This document shows, in pieces, positions 1-12,661 of a stretch of DNA of 64,000 bases (position 1 is the stretch's first letter; every line of letters starts with the position of its first letter). Origin of the DNA: Gnetum montanum (taxonomy: Eukaryota; Plantae; Gnetophyta); NCBI GenBank assembly GCA_015680685.1, contig MNCI01001153.1:62001-126000 (forward strand), given 5' to 3'. The notes under the pieces were generated by a model, which was given only the letters and a program-made list of their open reading frames with translations, made no database searches and was not told the origin of the DNA. The position numbers and the translations under genes were made by a program.

Positions 1-830
1 AAGCGCATGTGTGCATTCCTCCTCCACCAAGTCCAAGTCAATAATGCAAAAGTCATTGTTTTAACCCTCATCGAGGAGTCTGGAGAGTATGATCCTTAAA
101 GATGGTACCTGCAACTCCAAAGGTAAAATAGCTTCCGAACCATAAACAAGGCTATATGGTGTTTTACCTATGGAAGTTTGATGTGTAGTGTGATAAGCCC
201 ATAACTCATAAACTAGCTATTCATGCCATCTTTTCTTGCTCTGAGTAAGCATCTTCTTTAGCACCAAGATGAAAATCTTGTTCATGGCTTCTGCTTGCCC
301 GTTGCTCTGAGGGTAATATGGAGACGAGAACGAATGTTTAATGCCTAAGCTGTCACAAAAGGCTTTTGTTTTGACACTACTGAATTGTGGTCTGTTATCG
401 GTAATGATGGTCATTGGAATGCCAAAACGAGTTACAATGTTTTCCAGGATAAAGTTACATATTTGTTTTGATGTGTTCTTCCTAAGAGGGATAGATTCTA
501 CCCATTTCATGAAGTATTTAGTTGCGATTATGATGAAGCTATGCCCTATTGAAGATAGGGGAGTTATTGGTCCAATGATGTCTAACCCCCATTTCTGGAA
601 AGGCCATGTGATCTGGGCCATATGCAATTCATTAGGTGGGACATGTATAAGATTACCATGCTTTTGACACATATTACACGCTTTGACCTTGGAGAAACAT
701 TCATACTCCATGTGTGGCCAATAGTACCCTAAACATCTTATTTTGGTTGCCATTGCTTTGGGTGCTATGTGCCCTCTGCAGAGTCCTTCATGTACTTGAT
801 CCATGATGGTTTTGCCATCAGTGCTACTAA
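1..830 (-). pseudogene. Integrase (zinc finger plus DDE core) of element A
   Basis: ORF 217-804: HEGLCRGH..C..CQ, WGLDIIGP, ITDN, PQSNGQAE; homology continues past a TAG toward position 1. Confidence 0.95.
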
Positions 831-921
831 CGCATACCAGTAAAATGCCCTCATAACATCTTCAACACAGTGTATCCCCTACTAATGTATAATGTTGAGA
901 GCATTTTCGAACTACGTCTTT

Positions 922-1577
922 CTATGCATTCGTTAGATGTTGAGGTGGTTGACCATGTAAAAGGTATTCTTTTATGTCATCATACCATTCTATGGCTTGC
1001 GTCGTGCTAACAGATGCAATGGGAAGTTCATTGGGTGCGTCAGTTATGGGCTTGTCATAGCTCGTGATGGAACTAGGCAACGCATGGAACATAGCCGGTG
1101 AGATGTTTAGAGTTAACATAGCTAGTGCATCTATGATGGAATTATCATTTCTGGGCACATGTTGTAATTCTATATTTATAAATTGTTTTAGCAGGTGTTT
1201 TATCAAGTCATAGTAGGCTTGTAGATGGATGCTTTGCATGCGTAAATGTCTTTGACTTAGTTTATGATTAGCTGTGAGTCGCCTCTGACTACGAGACGGG
1301 TGACGTTTGAAGCTTGTGCTACCATAAGGCCTCTGAGGAGACCCTTGTACTTTGCTATGTTATTGGTACAAGGGAAGTTAAATTGGTAAGCAAAGGGTTG
1401 GATCTCCCCAGAGGGATATGTGATAACGGCAGTAGCACTTCCCTCTCGAGAGGTGGATGCTCCATCAAAGTTCAAAATGGCATTGTAGTTATCAGGCACT
1501 ATGTCTATTACACTCACATTTTCATCCCGAAACTTTGGCTCTATTGTTGTTTGATCATGCATTGGTGATACAATCAT
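922..1577 (-). pseudogene. Additional archaeal-type RNase H (aRH) of element A
   Basis: ORFs 1257-1577 and 922-1239: LNFDGAS, CTNNIAKY, VRGDSQLIIN, HVPRNDNSIIDALA. Confidence 0.9.
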
Positions 1578-1589
1578 TTGAGTTGCTAT

Positions 1590-3235
1590 AGCTTGACCCT
1601 TAACTAATGACTACACTATGTAGTGTAGGTCAAACTCAGCTATCATGGCTTTCTAGTGAGCTATCTTACTTGATTCGTAGATGTTTCCTGTGATGGCTCT
1701 AACCACATTATCCTTGCAGACTATATTGACTTGGTTGTGGAAGAGGTAATGTTGTCATTTATTTAAGGAAAAGATAAGGGCTAAACATGAAATCTCCACC
1801 TCGTTGTACTTCTTCTCATGGGCTACTAATGCATGGCTTAAGTAATAAACAGGAACTTCGGTTCCATCATCTCATTTCTAGCAAAGAATAGACGCGATTG
1901 ATGAGTCTGATGTGCCAAGGTAGATGTAGAACGGTTTATCATTTTGAGGTGGATAAACTATCGATAATTGAGCCAGTGTCATTTTGATATTGTCAAAAGC
2001 TTCCTGGCATTGTGGGGTCCATTGAAAATATACATTCTTATGTAGCAAATGGTTCATGGGCTTCAACTTATTGGTTAGTTTTTCTATGAAGTGCCTAATG
2101 AACTATAATCTACCTTGTAGACCTCGAAGTTCGGTAAGGTTGCTTGGTGATTGTAGGTTTGTAATAGCCTTCACCTTATCAGGGTCTACTCGAATTCCTA
2201 CTTCTAAAATTATGAATCCTAGCATTTTACTTGATTTGAACCCAAAGATGCATTTCTTTGGGTTCAGTCTAAGCTCGTATTTTAAACAATGCTTGAGTAC
2301 TAAGTCTACTTCTTGCACATGCTACTCTTGTATCTTCAATTTAATGACTATATCATCTACGTAATCATTGAGTGAGTGAAGGATGTAATCACTAAAGATG
2401 AAGGTCATCACTGGCTGATATGTAGCACCAGCATTCTTTAGACCGAAGGGCATCATCATGTAACAAAATATCCCCCATGGCGTCATGAAGGTTGTCCTGA
2501 GTTGATGTTTGGGGTTAATCCAGATTTGATTGTATCCTGAGAAGCCATCCATAAAAGATAACAGTGCATGCCCAGTGGTTGAGTCAACTAGTTGATCAAT
2601 GCTAGGTAGAGGGAAGTCATCTTTTATGGTCACTAAGTTGAGATCTCGGAAGTCAATGCATAGGCGAATGCTCCCTTTCTTCTTTGGGACAATGACCATG
2701 TTGGATACCTAGTCAGCATAGTCAACAACCCAAATGAAACTAGCTTGATAAATCTTGGTGATCTCAGTGCAAACTGGCAATGCTACCTCAGGCTTAACCT
2801 TACATGCTTTTTGTTTTACTGGTCTTAATTTCAGGTCGAGTATGATGTTGTGCTAGACTATTCGAGGGTCTAGCCTAGGCATGTCAGTGTAAGACCAAGC
2901 GAATGCTTTGATGTTGCTTTTTAACACTTTTTCTATGTCATTAAAAAGTTTCATGTCCAGTAGAGTGCGTAATTTTAGTATCTTAACTTCGCCGCTTGGC
3001 ATAGTGATGGGGGTTTTAATTAATGGATCTTCAGTGATATTATCAGCTTCAATATCTAGGGATTTCGTCATGGTCTGAAAGCTTTCTATCGTTCCCTGTG
3101 TCAATGCCATAGAGTTTTTGTAAGTTGACATGTCTAAGTCAATGGAGTTTCTAATAATCTCCCATTGGATGGATCCGTGCAGTCCATTGATGACCAGTGG
3201 TGCAAATAGTTGCTTGCTATCCATGCCTGCTCCTG
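1590..3235 (-). pseudogene. Reverse transcriptase plus Ty3 RNase H of element A
   Basis: FAWSYTDMP, RLCIDFRDLN, MDGFSGYNQI, MPFGLKNAGATYQ, YVDD, LNPKKCIFG, FQWTPQCQEAF; broken by stops and frameshifts. Confidence 0.95.
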
Positions 3236-3696
3236 CCAAGCCATAGGGAGAAATGTTAAGAAAAAGGGGTTCTATTTATTGTTTTGTGACACTAATTCAA
3301 ATATTTAAATTTGTTCGAAGTATGTTAAAATTGGTTTTATCGTCTCACTTGGCCACACGGAAGTTTAAGGCCGTACCCTACCAATGGTGGTAGTTTAGGG
3401 CCTTACCAAGTTGTAGGCATTCATTCATGATTTCTAGTTGATTGTACGATTTGTAATCTTTATTAAGTGTGAAACTGCAAGACGAAGAGTATGTACCAAG
3501 GTGTTTAGTTCAATCAATAGGAGTCAATATGAGAGGGAAGGTCTTATGCAAGTAATGTTTAACCAATCGTTGGAGTAAACTTTCCATTTTATGTTGGAGT
3601 AAAAATACTCAAAGTGTTGATTTTCAACAAGGGTGATGAGGGGCATGAAGATTTATAAGAGTAACTTAACAAATGAGCAAGCTACTTTTGTGACTG

Positions 3697-4010
3697 CAGC
3701 GTGAACCCAATCTCGTAGCGTGAGCATTGACCTAGTCTCATAGCGTCAGCGTGGACCTAGTCTCGCAGCATCAGCAAGAACCCAATCTCGTAGCGTCAAT
3801 GTGAACCTAGTCGATTCAGTGTGGCTAGGAGGTGAGGATCTGGTCATAGGGGGAGGTAGCTTAGGTAGAAAAGATTATGGCACAACGCGTCGGATGAGAG
3901 CATCCAACATGCATGCCCTGAAGAAACCCTCAGCGTGTAGGGAGCTGAAACCCCAGCATGAATGCCCTATGATGCACAGTGTGCAGCTACAAACCCCAGC
4001 ATGAACCTAC
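3697..4010. repeat. CAGCGT-motif cluster including ~25 bp tandem units
   Basis: Units like cagcgtgaacccaatctcgtagcgt at 3697-3810, then scattered cagcgt/cagcat/cagtgt. Confidence 0.8.
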
Positions 4011-4182
4011 TTCACTGTGTATCAATTATCTAACCTATTTCCTTGTGGAAGCATTCTATGATGTCAATTAATGAGACAGTTCCTCCGATTTTCATTGTAC
4101 CCTTGTTTTGTTTTTTATTATTTCTTGTTCTATTAATTGTGTCTTGTGGTCTTGATTCTGGTTTGTTCATTTTGGGTTGTTA

Positions 4183-7100
4183 GATTTCCGAGTTTCGAAG
4201 CTTTCAGCATGAATGCCTATTAAGGGCTGCATAGCGTGAATGTCAGACAAGGACACGACGGGATGGGAAAGGAAAAGAAGGTGAGCGATCAAGGAAGGAA
4301 GGAGCCTAACTTGACCTTTGCCGAGGAGAGTGAGGCGATGCTCTGGTGCCTGCCCAAGCCCATGATCTCATCATGGTCTAGATCAATGTGCCAGTAGACC
4401 CTGATCCTTCATCTAAATTTATGTTTTCTTTTGTGTTTGCTGTTTGGGCATATGGAATTTGTGCGTATGGAATTTGTGTGAGGCCCATGTCAGCCATTGT
4501 TTCTCTTGTTCGGTGTATGGCTCGCCTTATGTCTGCCTAGGGTACTATCTAGTCACATGCTCAGCGTGCAGGGGGGCCAAGATGCTCAGCATGTAGGATC
4601 TGCACATGCACATTCTCAGCATGCAGGATCTGCATGCGCACATTCTCAACGTGCAGGATCTGTACACCCAACATGAACCTACATGCCTAGCATGAAGGGT
4701 CTGCATGCCCAGCGTGAACCTTGAAGGCTTTCCCTTTTCTTGTTTTATGTGCAGCCTACTTATCCTGATTCTTGAATATGTGTAGAGGTCTTAAATTGTT
4801 CCTCTTAGTGGTGGAGCTTGTTGGAGTTCTGGCGTGGTTTGGGCCTGTTGATTCCGATGAACTGGTTCCTGACATGACTGTTGATCAAAATGGGGTATGG
4901 TTCAGAACAGGTGTTAGTGAGTTTCTTGCCTTCATCTTAGAAAGATTCAGCATGGTAATATGGTTGCACCTAAGTGAACAATTAGCATAGAGCGTTCTTG
5001 AGACTATGTTACCAGGATCCTCAAATGGCATAGTGGATTTCATGGTTGACATTGATGAGGGATTTCTTACGGTTGGGGATGGTCCCTCTGGAGGGCCCAA
5101 ATCTACCCGTCCCTTATCATGTGTATGGGACTTACTATCAGATGGCCTTCACCACATCAATAGCACCTTATACCTAGCCGCTCATGCGCATACCTTGTTC
5201 CAGAATCCTTCTAGAACGGTGTATTGGGTAGAAAGGTAAGGTTTTTTAATTTATCATTTTTGCTTTGCTACTTAGTAGTTATTTATGTTTTGACCATCGT
5301 TTCTTTGCTGGACTCAATTCGATAAAGAAGGAGTGTGCATAGGTGATGATGGACTCGCATTGGCTCATACCGCCTTAGAGGCTTTCATGGTAGGTCCCAC
5401 TCTCCGTGGTGCCATGTTATCCTAGACTAAGGGTGAAATTGTCCATTTTCACAAATGATACTCCAGGGCTTTTGCACAACGTGAGGCTCAGGGGTGGCTT
5501 CATGAGGATTGGTCTCGTAATGGGCCAGTTTTCCCATGCGATACTGATTTGGCTTTTAATGATCCGGATCCATCATTTGATGGTAAGTAATAGAATTTTT
5601 GACGCCTCACGTTTGTTTGTTGTGCTACATCAATGGCTATATTGACTCCATGGTGTTACCCTGTGCATACAGTGGATGTCCCCCCTGGTGGAGTCACTAT
5701 CACAATTGGGCGGACTGAGAGCACCTTGGCTATGAAATTCAGGGAGATCAATGATGCACAACGATGTCTACGTGATAAGGCACTACCACATATCATTAGT
5801 TGTTTGAGTGATGCTGGCCTCATGGAGTTATTTACTACCCTAAGTCCTGATGTCTCTGTGACTGAGATGATTGCGATCATTGATTCTTTCAATGAAGCTA
5901 TTACCTACTAGAGCACTCGCGTCAAAGGTATCAAAGTAGTTTTCCATCTATCATCAGAGTTCTTTCCAAACCTCTTCGGTGTGCCGACAGATGGGGCTAG
6001 AGTGGTTTTGGATAGAGCATAGAAAGAGATCCATGTTGTTCATGAGTTGGAGGACTGGTTGGGTGTTCTTAAGGGTTCTAAGGGATTCCCTATGCAGGGA
6101 AAATCAAAAGTAACTGAAGTTAATGAACTGTATCCCCTGTTCAAAGCACGAGTGTTTCCCAAGTCCGTGTCTCAAGTAAAGAATTTTGGGGTAGAATATG
6201 TGTGTATCATGTGCATGATTTTGGAGACTGGGGTACATTATAATTGGACCCAGTTTTTACTTTCAGGTTTCCATGGGGAGATAGTGAGGTTGCATTCGAA
6301 CATTGAGGTGCAGTCCCATTTCACCTTTGCGTTCTTCACTGGTTACTTGCGTCGACTGGCTGAATTTTTAGTTGTTCATGTGGGTAACCAGTACGTGTTA
6401 AGGGATCATGGACAACTATCTCTCCCATAGATTCACCATTTATTTTAGGTAACTAAATCTCAAGATGCTCCCGAGGGGATTGACGAATCGGTTTCTATTA
6501 CAATATAAGGATCATCTAGTCATTCAATTCATACGCATGACAGCATAGAGTTGGAACCAGATGGTGTGCCCTATACTACTTGTTGAGCCGATCGAGTAAT
6601 CAAGGAAATAATCAAGAAAGCAAAATCCAAAGTTCAAAAATGTGAACACTCTAGAGAGGTTGCTCCCACTGTAGATGAACCAGGGGTGAAACATATACGG
6701 TTTAAAATGCCTGCACGAGGTAAGTAAGCCTGATTGACTGATTTGTCCTTGTTTTATTATCATTATTATTATTTTTATTTTATTCAATTGTTTCGGCCAT
6801 TTATACGAAACTAATGTTGAACTTATGAATGTCATCAGAGCCGACTCCTGAAGTAAGAAGAGAGGGGTTAGCAATGATTGTCGAGGAGGAAGAGGTCCCA
6901 ATGAACTTAGATGAGGAGGACGAAATGGGCAAAGACGAGATGGAAGTTCCTGTACATCTAAGGGAAGAAACAAAAGAGTGGGAGGGAGACACCACGGAAA
7001 AGGGTCACATTGATAATTAGGATGGAGTCGACAAGATGTTTGATGGTTTCCTCAGAGGAAGGTTAGACCTTGGCGATCCTCCAAATCAGGAAGAAGACAA

Positions 7101-8490
7101 ATATTTCAGTAGGTTCATCTTATTATGTTCATTTGTCTTTTGATTTGTTCTTTCCATTATTCAAAGTTTTAACTTTATGCTTTTGCTTCTATAATGCGAA
7201 GATGTTGAAACCAAGATGATTCCTAATGTTCATTTGGAAGTACCTAGGATGAAGACTCCAATGGAAACGACCGCGGATGTTGGCCCATCTCCTATGAATG
7301 AACCATTTACTTGGATCAAAATGCTAAGTAAAATGGATTTTGTCCTTGCTATCGTTCATGAGGTAGTTGATCGCAGCTAGCAAGCTCATCTTGAAATAGG
7401 TACATATGCCTTAAGCGTTTTGAATCCTTTGATTTTTGCATCCGTTTCTACTATCCAATGTCTAATGTATATTCTTCTCATATTAATAGGGAATAAACTA
7501 AAGTGGGATCCATCTGAGGCCACTTGTATTGATAGTTTGCCTGCACTACCACTAGAGATTGAGCAAGTGCCAAGATAGATCTATGATGAGGTGGCAGAAT
7601 GCATTGTGCAGAACGCCAAGTCTCTTTGGACCTGTAGGCGTTCCATTGAAAGGCTATGGTTGGAGATTCAGGTAGGGGAAAAAGAGATTTCCAAGATATT
7701 AGTAGAACGAGATGACCTTAAATCATGCTATGAGTTTGCCTCGACAAGGTTGACTAGTGATCATTCTTGGTGAACTTCCGAGATTACTTATACCATATAT
7801 TGGAACTTATTAAATCGTCAAGTAACTATGACTTGGGAGCTAGCAGAGCGTAAGGCACAAATAGACCTACTGAATCTCAAGTGTCAGGATTGGAAGGCTT
7901 TCATTTCTAAGGTGTGAAAATGGGGTCAATATGAGAAGACTCATAAGTATCATTATAAAAAATCATTAAAGGAGATATCCATAGAGAAGCCTCAGTTGGA
8001 GATGTTTGTAGAGGGTTTGGGCTTACGCTCTTCTTTTGATGCCTTTGCTAGGCATATTGTCGTAGAGATGGAATCTCCCAAGAGGGTAATCACCACGGCT
8101 TTTGGGGAGGTTTCTGTGGGCGAGTTTCCTCTTAAACGTCCCACTTGGTCCATGGTGGACAAAGGGAAGGCCTTAGCCAACATTGATCTAGGCCTTGATG
8201 GAACCGACTGGGCAAGTATCTTTGAAGAAGAAATCCTTCGTCGGTTGGAATTTGGTCTAAGAGGATCTTCTTTGGTAAGTCATTTAAACTTGTAAATTTT
8301 GTTTATTAATTTTTTTACAGAAAATGTTATCCCTCTTTTCCTGTTTTTTAGTTAATTGTTTTCTCTTACCTTTTTACAGAGTCATGGCAATGACGGTTGC
8401 CACAAAGGTGGCCCCAGTGGAGAAGAGACCCATGATGCCAGGGAGTTTGAGGGGGAAGCCCCTTCTGATCCTGATGTTTAGTTTTAAATT
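4183..8490 (+). pseudogene. Antisense multi-exon accessory gene nested between PR and RT of element A (PMD/DUF1985/Transposase_32-like core, acidic linker, coiled-coil C-terminus)
   Basis: Plus-strand ORF chain 4772-4990, 5006-5239, 5633-5911, 6047-6430, 6829-7020, 7591-7773, 7996-8295, separated by short T-rich introns with donors (gtgagc ~4281, gtaagg ~5236, gtaagt ~5583, ~6720, ~8275) and acceptors (gtgcag ~4754, catcag ~6838, ttttacag ~8379); protein homology to the element B copy. 5' end and domain family are uncertain. Confidence 0.75.
4560..4720. repeat. ~30 bp tandem repeat carrying CAGCGT variants
   Basis: ctcagcatgtaggatctgcacatgcacatt repeated about 3 times plus degenerate copies. 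Confidence 0.8.
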
Positions 8491-9141
8491 TGGTGTTATC
8501 ATTGATCGTGTTTTTATATGGGTTGTAAATAGAATGTTTTATTTTAAATTGTATATGAACAGATGCATAAACTTAGTTAATTCTTGTAATTGTCTATTTA
8601 TATATTTTTGTTGTTTTCATATTCCAGTTTTTTTTTTGTTTTGTTGTTTTTGAATGTTGAAAAGAAATAATGTGAGGACATGGAGCAAAAGCTTTTTTTT
8701 TCTTGTTTGAGTGAAAACATGAAATAAATTATAAATGTAACCTAAATGATAGCCATGCCATAGTAAACATAAAGGAAAGCATAACTTGTATTGAAAATAT
8801 GTAACCTTAGAATGCAAACTAGGAATTTAAACTTTTGCGATAGATGAAAGTAAACTTGCTCTAGTTTAAGGCCATTTCGGCCATATGTACGTGTATGTCA
8901 ATTTAAAGTCATGACAGACTATGACGTGACCATTTTAGTTTAAGGCCATTTCAGGCTGTTAATAAACCGAAAGGATATTGGCTGATAGGGAGGGTTTTGA
9001 TGTGAATTGGCTATTTCTGACCATGGCTAGTTTTATGTCATTTCGTACATGTGATAGTTTAATGTCATCCCAGATGTGTGTAGTTTAGCATCATTTCAGA
9101 CGATCATAGTTTAATGTCATTGCAAACTATAGGTGAGTTTG

Positions 9142-10443
9142 TTAATTGTTTAACATCTTTTTGATTTTTCGTGTTTTCATGTTGGGAGTGGGTTTAACGG
9201 GTATGATCCGATACTCGGCATCTCCTTTGCTAATCACGTTGAATGGTAGCTCTGACCAGGAGACGTCTAGCGGAGTAAGCTCTGAGTTGATATTCTTGGA
9301 TGTTTCTGGCTTAGGTGGTGTTCCCTTGGGTTCTGAGGAACCACCATTTATGTATTGATTATCACTTTCGGTTTCGTTTGTTTTCTTCAGCATGGGTTTT
9401 TTGGAAATCTTATCAAGTCTATGCTCACATGGGGGGTCTTCTTGTTCGAGCTTCTCAAATTTAACTTCGGAGCCTTGATTTGTCTATGTGTGAGATGAAA
9501 TGGTAGATGGAGCGATATCCCCATGGATAATGATTTCACCCCCTTCATAGGGTAAGTGAATCTCTTAATGAATGTGGGAAGAAACCGCTTTTAACTAGGC
9601 TAACCAGGGTCATCCTAGGATTAGGTTAAAACCAGGCATCTCGTCAATAACAACGAAGTCTGCGGATGTAGGGAACTGATCCCCTACTATGAAGTCCAAG
9701 GTCAATGTACCTTTAACCACTACTCATGACCCATTAAAGGGCTTCAGTCATGTCGTAGACGTTGGTTTGATTAAGTCTGTAAGCCTTAACTGTTCAATGA
9801 CAAGATAAGGTACTACGTTTGTGGCCGCTCCATCATCTACATGTACCCGATGTATTTTGAACTGATTAACTTGTATGGTTATAAACATGGGTTCGTGGGT
9901 GACGTCTCCGATTTTCTCATTGATCTTGATGTTTTCAGGGTGAAAGCCTAATGATTTGGGTTTGAATCCTTGTTGTTTAGACATTACCGCGTGTATGGAA
10001 GGTTCATTTGCAGGTAGGTTTTCGCTAACAGGGATCGATGTTAACATTTGTACTAAGGCTTCATGGTGGACTGGTGAGGTCAAAATGAGGTCATACAAGC
10101 TTAATGATGTGTTCTTTTGTTTAAGGGCTTGCGTAACCTGTGTTAGGGCATTAGCTAAATCTTTACCATTGGGTATATTCTTGTCCAAAACCACTTGATC
10201 CATTGGGCCTAACAGCCATATCTCACGTGGGGTAACTTTTGTGATTGTTGGGTTTGATACATGCTGCATTCTCATTTCTTCCTTTTTACAACTGGCGCTT
10301 GGCTCATTGTTGGAAGGAGCCATAGGTATTGCACTTAATGGAGTTGGTTTCAGGGGCCCCAGTGCAAGTCGTTGGCATTCCTTTGCCAAATTTTCCTTCA
10401 CCAAACGTTCCCTGGTGAGCTTATTTGCCAGGCATTCTCGCAT
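9142..10443 (-). pseudogene. Aspartic protease region of element A
   Basis: VHVDDGAATNVVP active-site motif in ORF 9748-10443; downstream FNLILG-PWL remnant near 9600-9630; ORF 9142-9393 matches element B (WSELPFNVISKGD vs WDEIPFNIINEGD). Confidence 0.85.
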
Positions 10444-10491
10444 GGGTTGTGTGGGAACATTTGGGGTCAGAATGTGCAGTTGTTTCAGGAC

Positions 10492-12661
10492 TCAAATGAC
10501 GAATGGGGTGGGACAGGTTTGTGTTGGAGAGACATGAACTTGGACATCAGACTGCATAGGCACCTTGACCATAAATGGGATTGGGCGATTCGTAGTTGGT
10601 GCCTCTATCGTAGCAACTATCGGTGCCACCCAGACCACGAAGGGTGTAGGTTGATTTGATAGTGTCATACTAGCGGTTGTATCAATAGAGGGCACACTAA
10701 TGACAAATGGTTTTGTTTGGGGTGATACTTACATGGTTTCCACTGTGTGGGGGATATGTAGTTTGCGGTGATGTTAGTGGAGTGGGGGGAACATGAACTA
10801 CAAAGGGGTTCTTTGGTGTTCCATAGCTATTATCTGCATAGATGGTGTTAATTGTGTATGGTGCTTCTTTAGTGTTTAGGGGATCTTTATATATGCCCAT
10901 GGACTGGTTTTGTGGTTTGATTGGGTTGGCCTCATCAAAAGTGATCTCACCTCCGTCAATCATTTATTGAATGTCTTGTTTCAAGGTGAAACAATAGTTA
11001 GTGCCATGCCCATTATGTTGGTGGTACTCACAAAAATGGTCTATTCTAAAGCCTCTTGGAACTAGGGACTCATCTGGTGTTGCCAAGCTTGGGTTGTCTA
11101 CCAATTGACAGAATTGATCATGTCTTTGAATTGCCACGGGAAACAATTGTTTATGTTTCATTAGCCCAACCTTCAAGAGTTGGTCGAATAATTGTGAAGG
11201 TTTCATGGGCAATGGTGTATATTGAGAGGGGTCTCTTCTCTCAAAGTTTCTTCCATGACCTGGAGTAGCATTTTGTGATGTGGATGATCTGGGTGTAGTA
11301 GTGGGAGTAGGTTTAGTATAGCTAGTAGGGGCAGTAGGCAGTTTACCTTGTTGTCGCGTACTCATCTGTTGAGTTTCTGCTACTGCTGCTATTGTTGCTT
11401 TAGCCTTTTCTTTGTCTTTTTTAGTGTGTTGATTTTTAAAGGCTACGTAAGCAGGGTCATGACTATTTTGGGCCGCCTCTTCTATGTTCTTTATTTGCAT
11501 GAAGGCTTGGCTTAAAGTGCACGTGTTTAAATAGTACAATTTAGATTTCACGAAGTCATTTATAGCTCCCTTTAGGATTGTGAGTAAGTACGTTTCGGGG
11601 ATTATTACATGGAGTTTGTTTAATGCAGCACTCCATCACTAAATAAATTTTTGTATAGGTTCAAGCAGTGCTTGTTTTACCTGTATCAGGCTGTCCAAGG
11701 TTGCTTTAGGTTTCAGGTTGTATTTAAATCTGGTAACAAACTGGTGTAAGAGATCCTCCAAAGAGGATATAGAGTTACGAAGCAAGGCCTAGTACCAGTC
11801 TAAAGCTCTCCCTGTAAGGGACATGGCGAAAACAAACAAAATTGCATGGGGCCATGCCTGAAGCAACAAACATTCTATTCTAAACGTGACCAGATGGGCG
11901 TTGGGGTCTCCTTCCCCATTGTATTTAGTTAGTTGAGGCAAAGAAACTCCTTTGGGTAGGGTCAACAGTGGTACTGAAGAGCTAATAGGATTGTCTTGGT
12001 AAAAGTCTAATAATTTAAGCTCTTCTTTGTTAGCCATCTTGAGGCATTTTACCTCATCAGTGAGTTATTGCATCATCCTTTTAGCTTCGGCCCAGTCTTG
12101 GGTGCTGGGTGAAGCGGCAGGTTGGTTATGTTGTGTACTAGGAAAGTTAGATTACTGTACGATGGGAAGGAAAGAAGAGAGTTGAGCAGTCGGAGGTTGC
12201 ACTTGTGGGATGTTCATGGTGGGTGTTACTAAGGGTGGCATACTGTAAGGAAAGTATTGTTGTTGTTGTACTTGAGGAATGTTCACAAGTGGGATTGCAG
12301 GAGGTGGTATGTTGTAATGAGGGGGTTGATGCAGTTGCATGCCAGTTATAGCCCACTGCCCAGTTGTGATTTTTGAGGGAACACCCTGAACTTGTTGAGT
12401 TGAAGTGATCAAAGGTGTTCCTTGGGTTTGAATTCATGGTATGTAGTGAGTAGCTGTAGAAGCGGGTATCATAGATGGCATCCCAATCACCTGGGGTGGG
12501 AATGTGACTCCTACACTAGTCTGAGGGGGATGTTGTTGGGGTTGTACTTGTAAGAGAGGGGGTAATGTGGTAATGGGAGGAATAGTGAAGGGGGGTATAT
12601 TTAATTGGGCATCAGTTATAGGAGGAGTGGGAATAAGAGTGGATGCCTCTTGTTGAGGCAC
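10492..12661 (-). pseudogene. gag of element A
   Basis: KYNGEGDPNAHL..F..SLTGRALDWY capsid motif (11789-12037); FCEYHQHNGHGTNYC knuckle (10964-11551); P/Q/T-rich N-terminus. Confidence 0.9.

Noticed and set aside
341-2364. Plus-strand ORFs 341-667, 1314-1568 and 2056-2364
   Set aside because: Antisense shadows of pol with no independent motifs
4183-8490. Host gene or independently inserted DNA transposon
   Set aside because: Same position, orientation and homologous protein in two diverged elements; no TIR, TSD or transposase DDE motif seen
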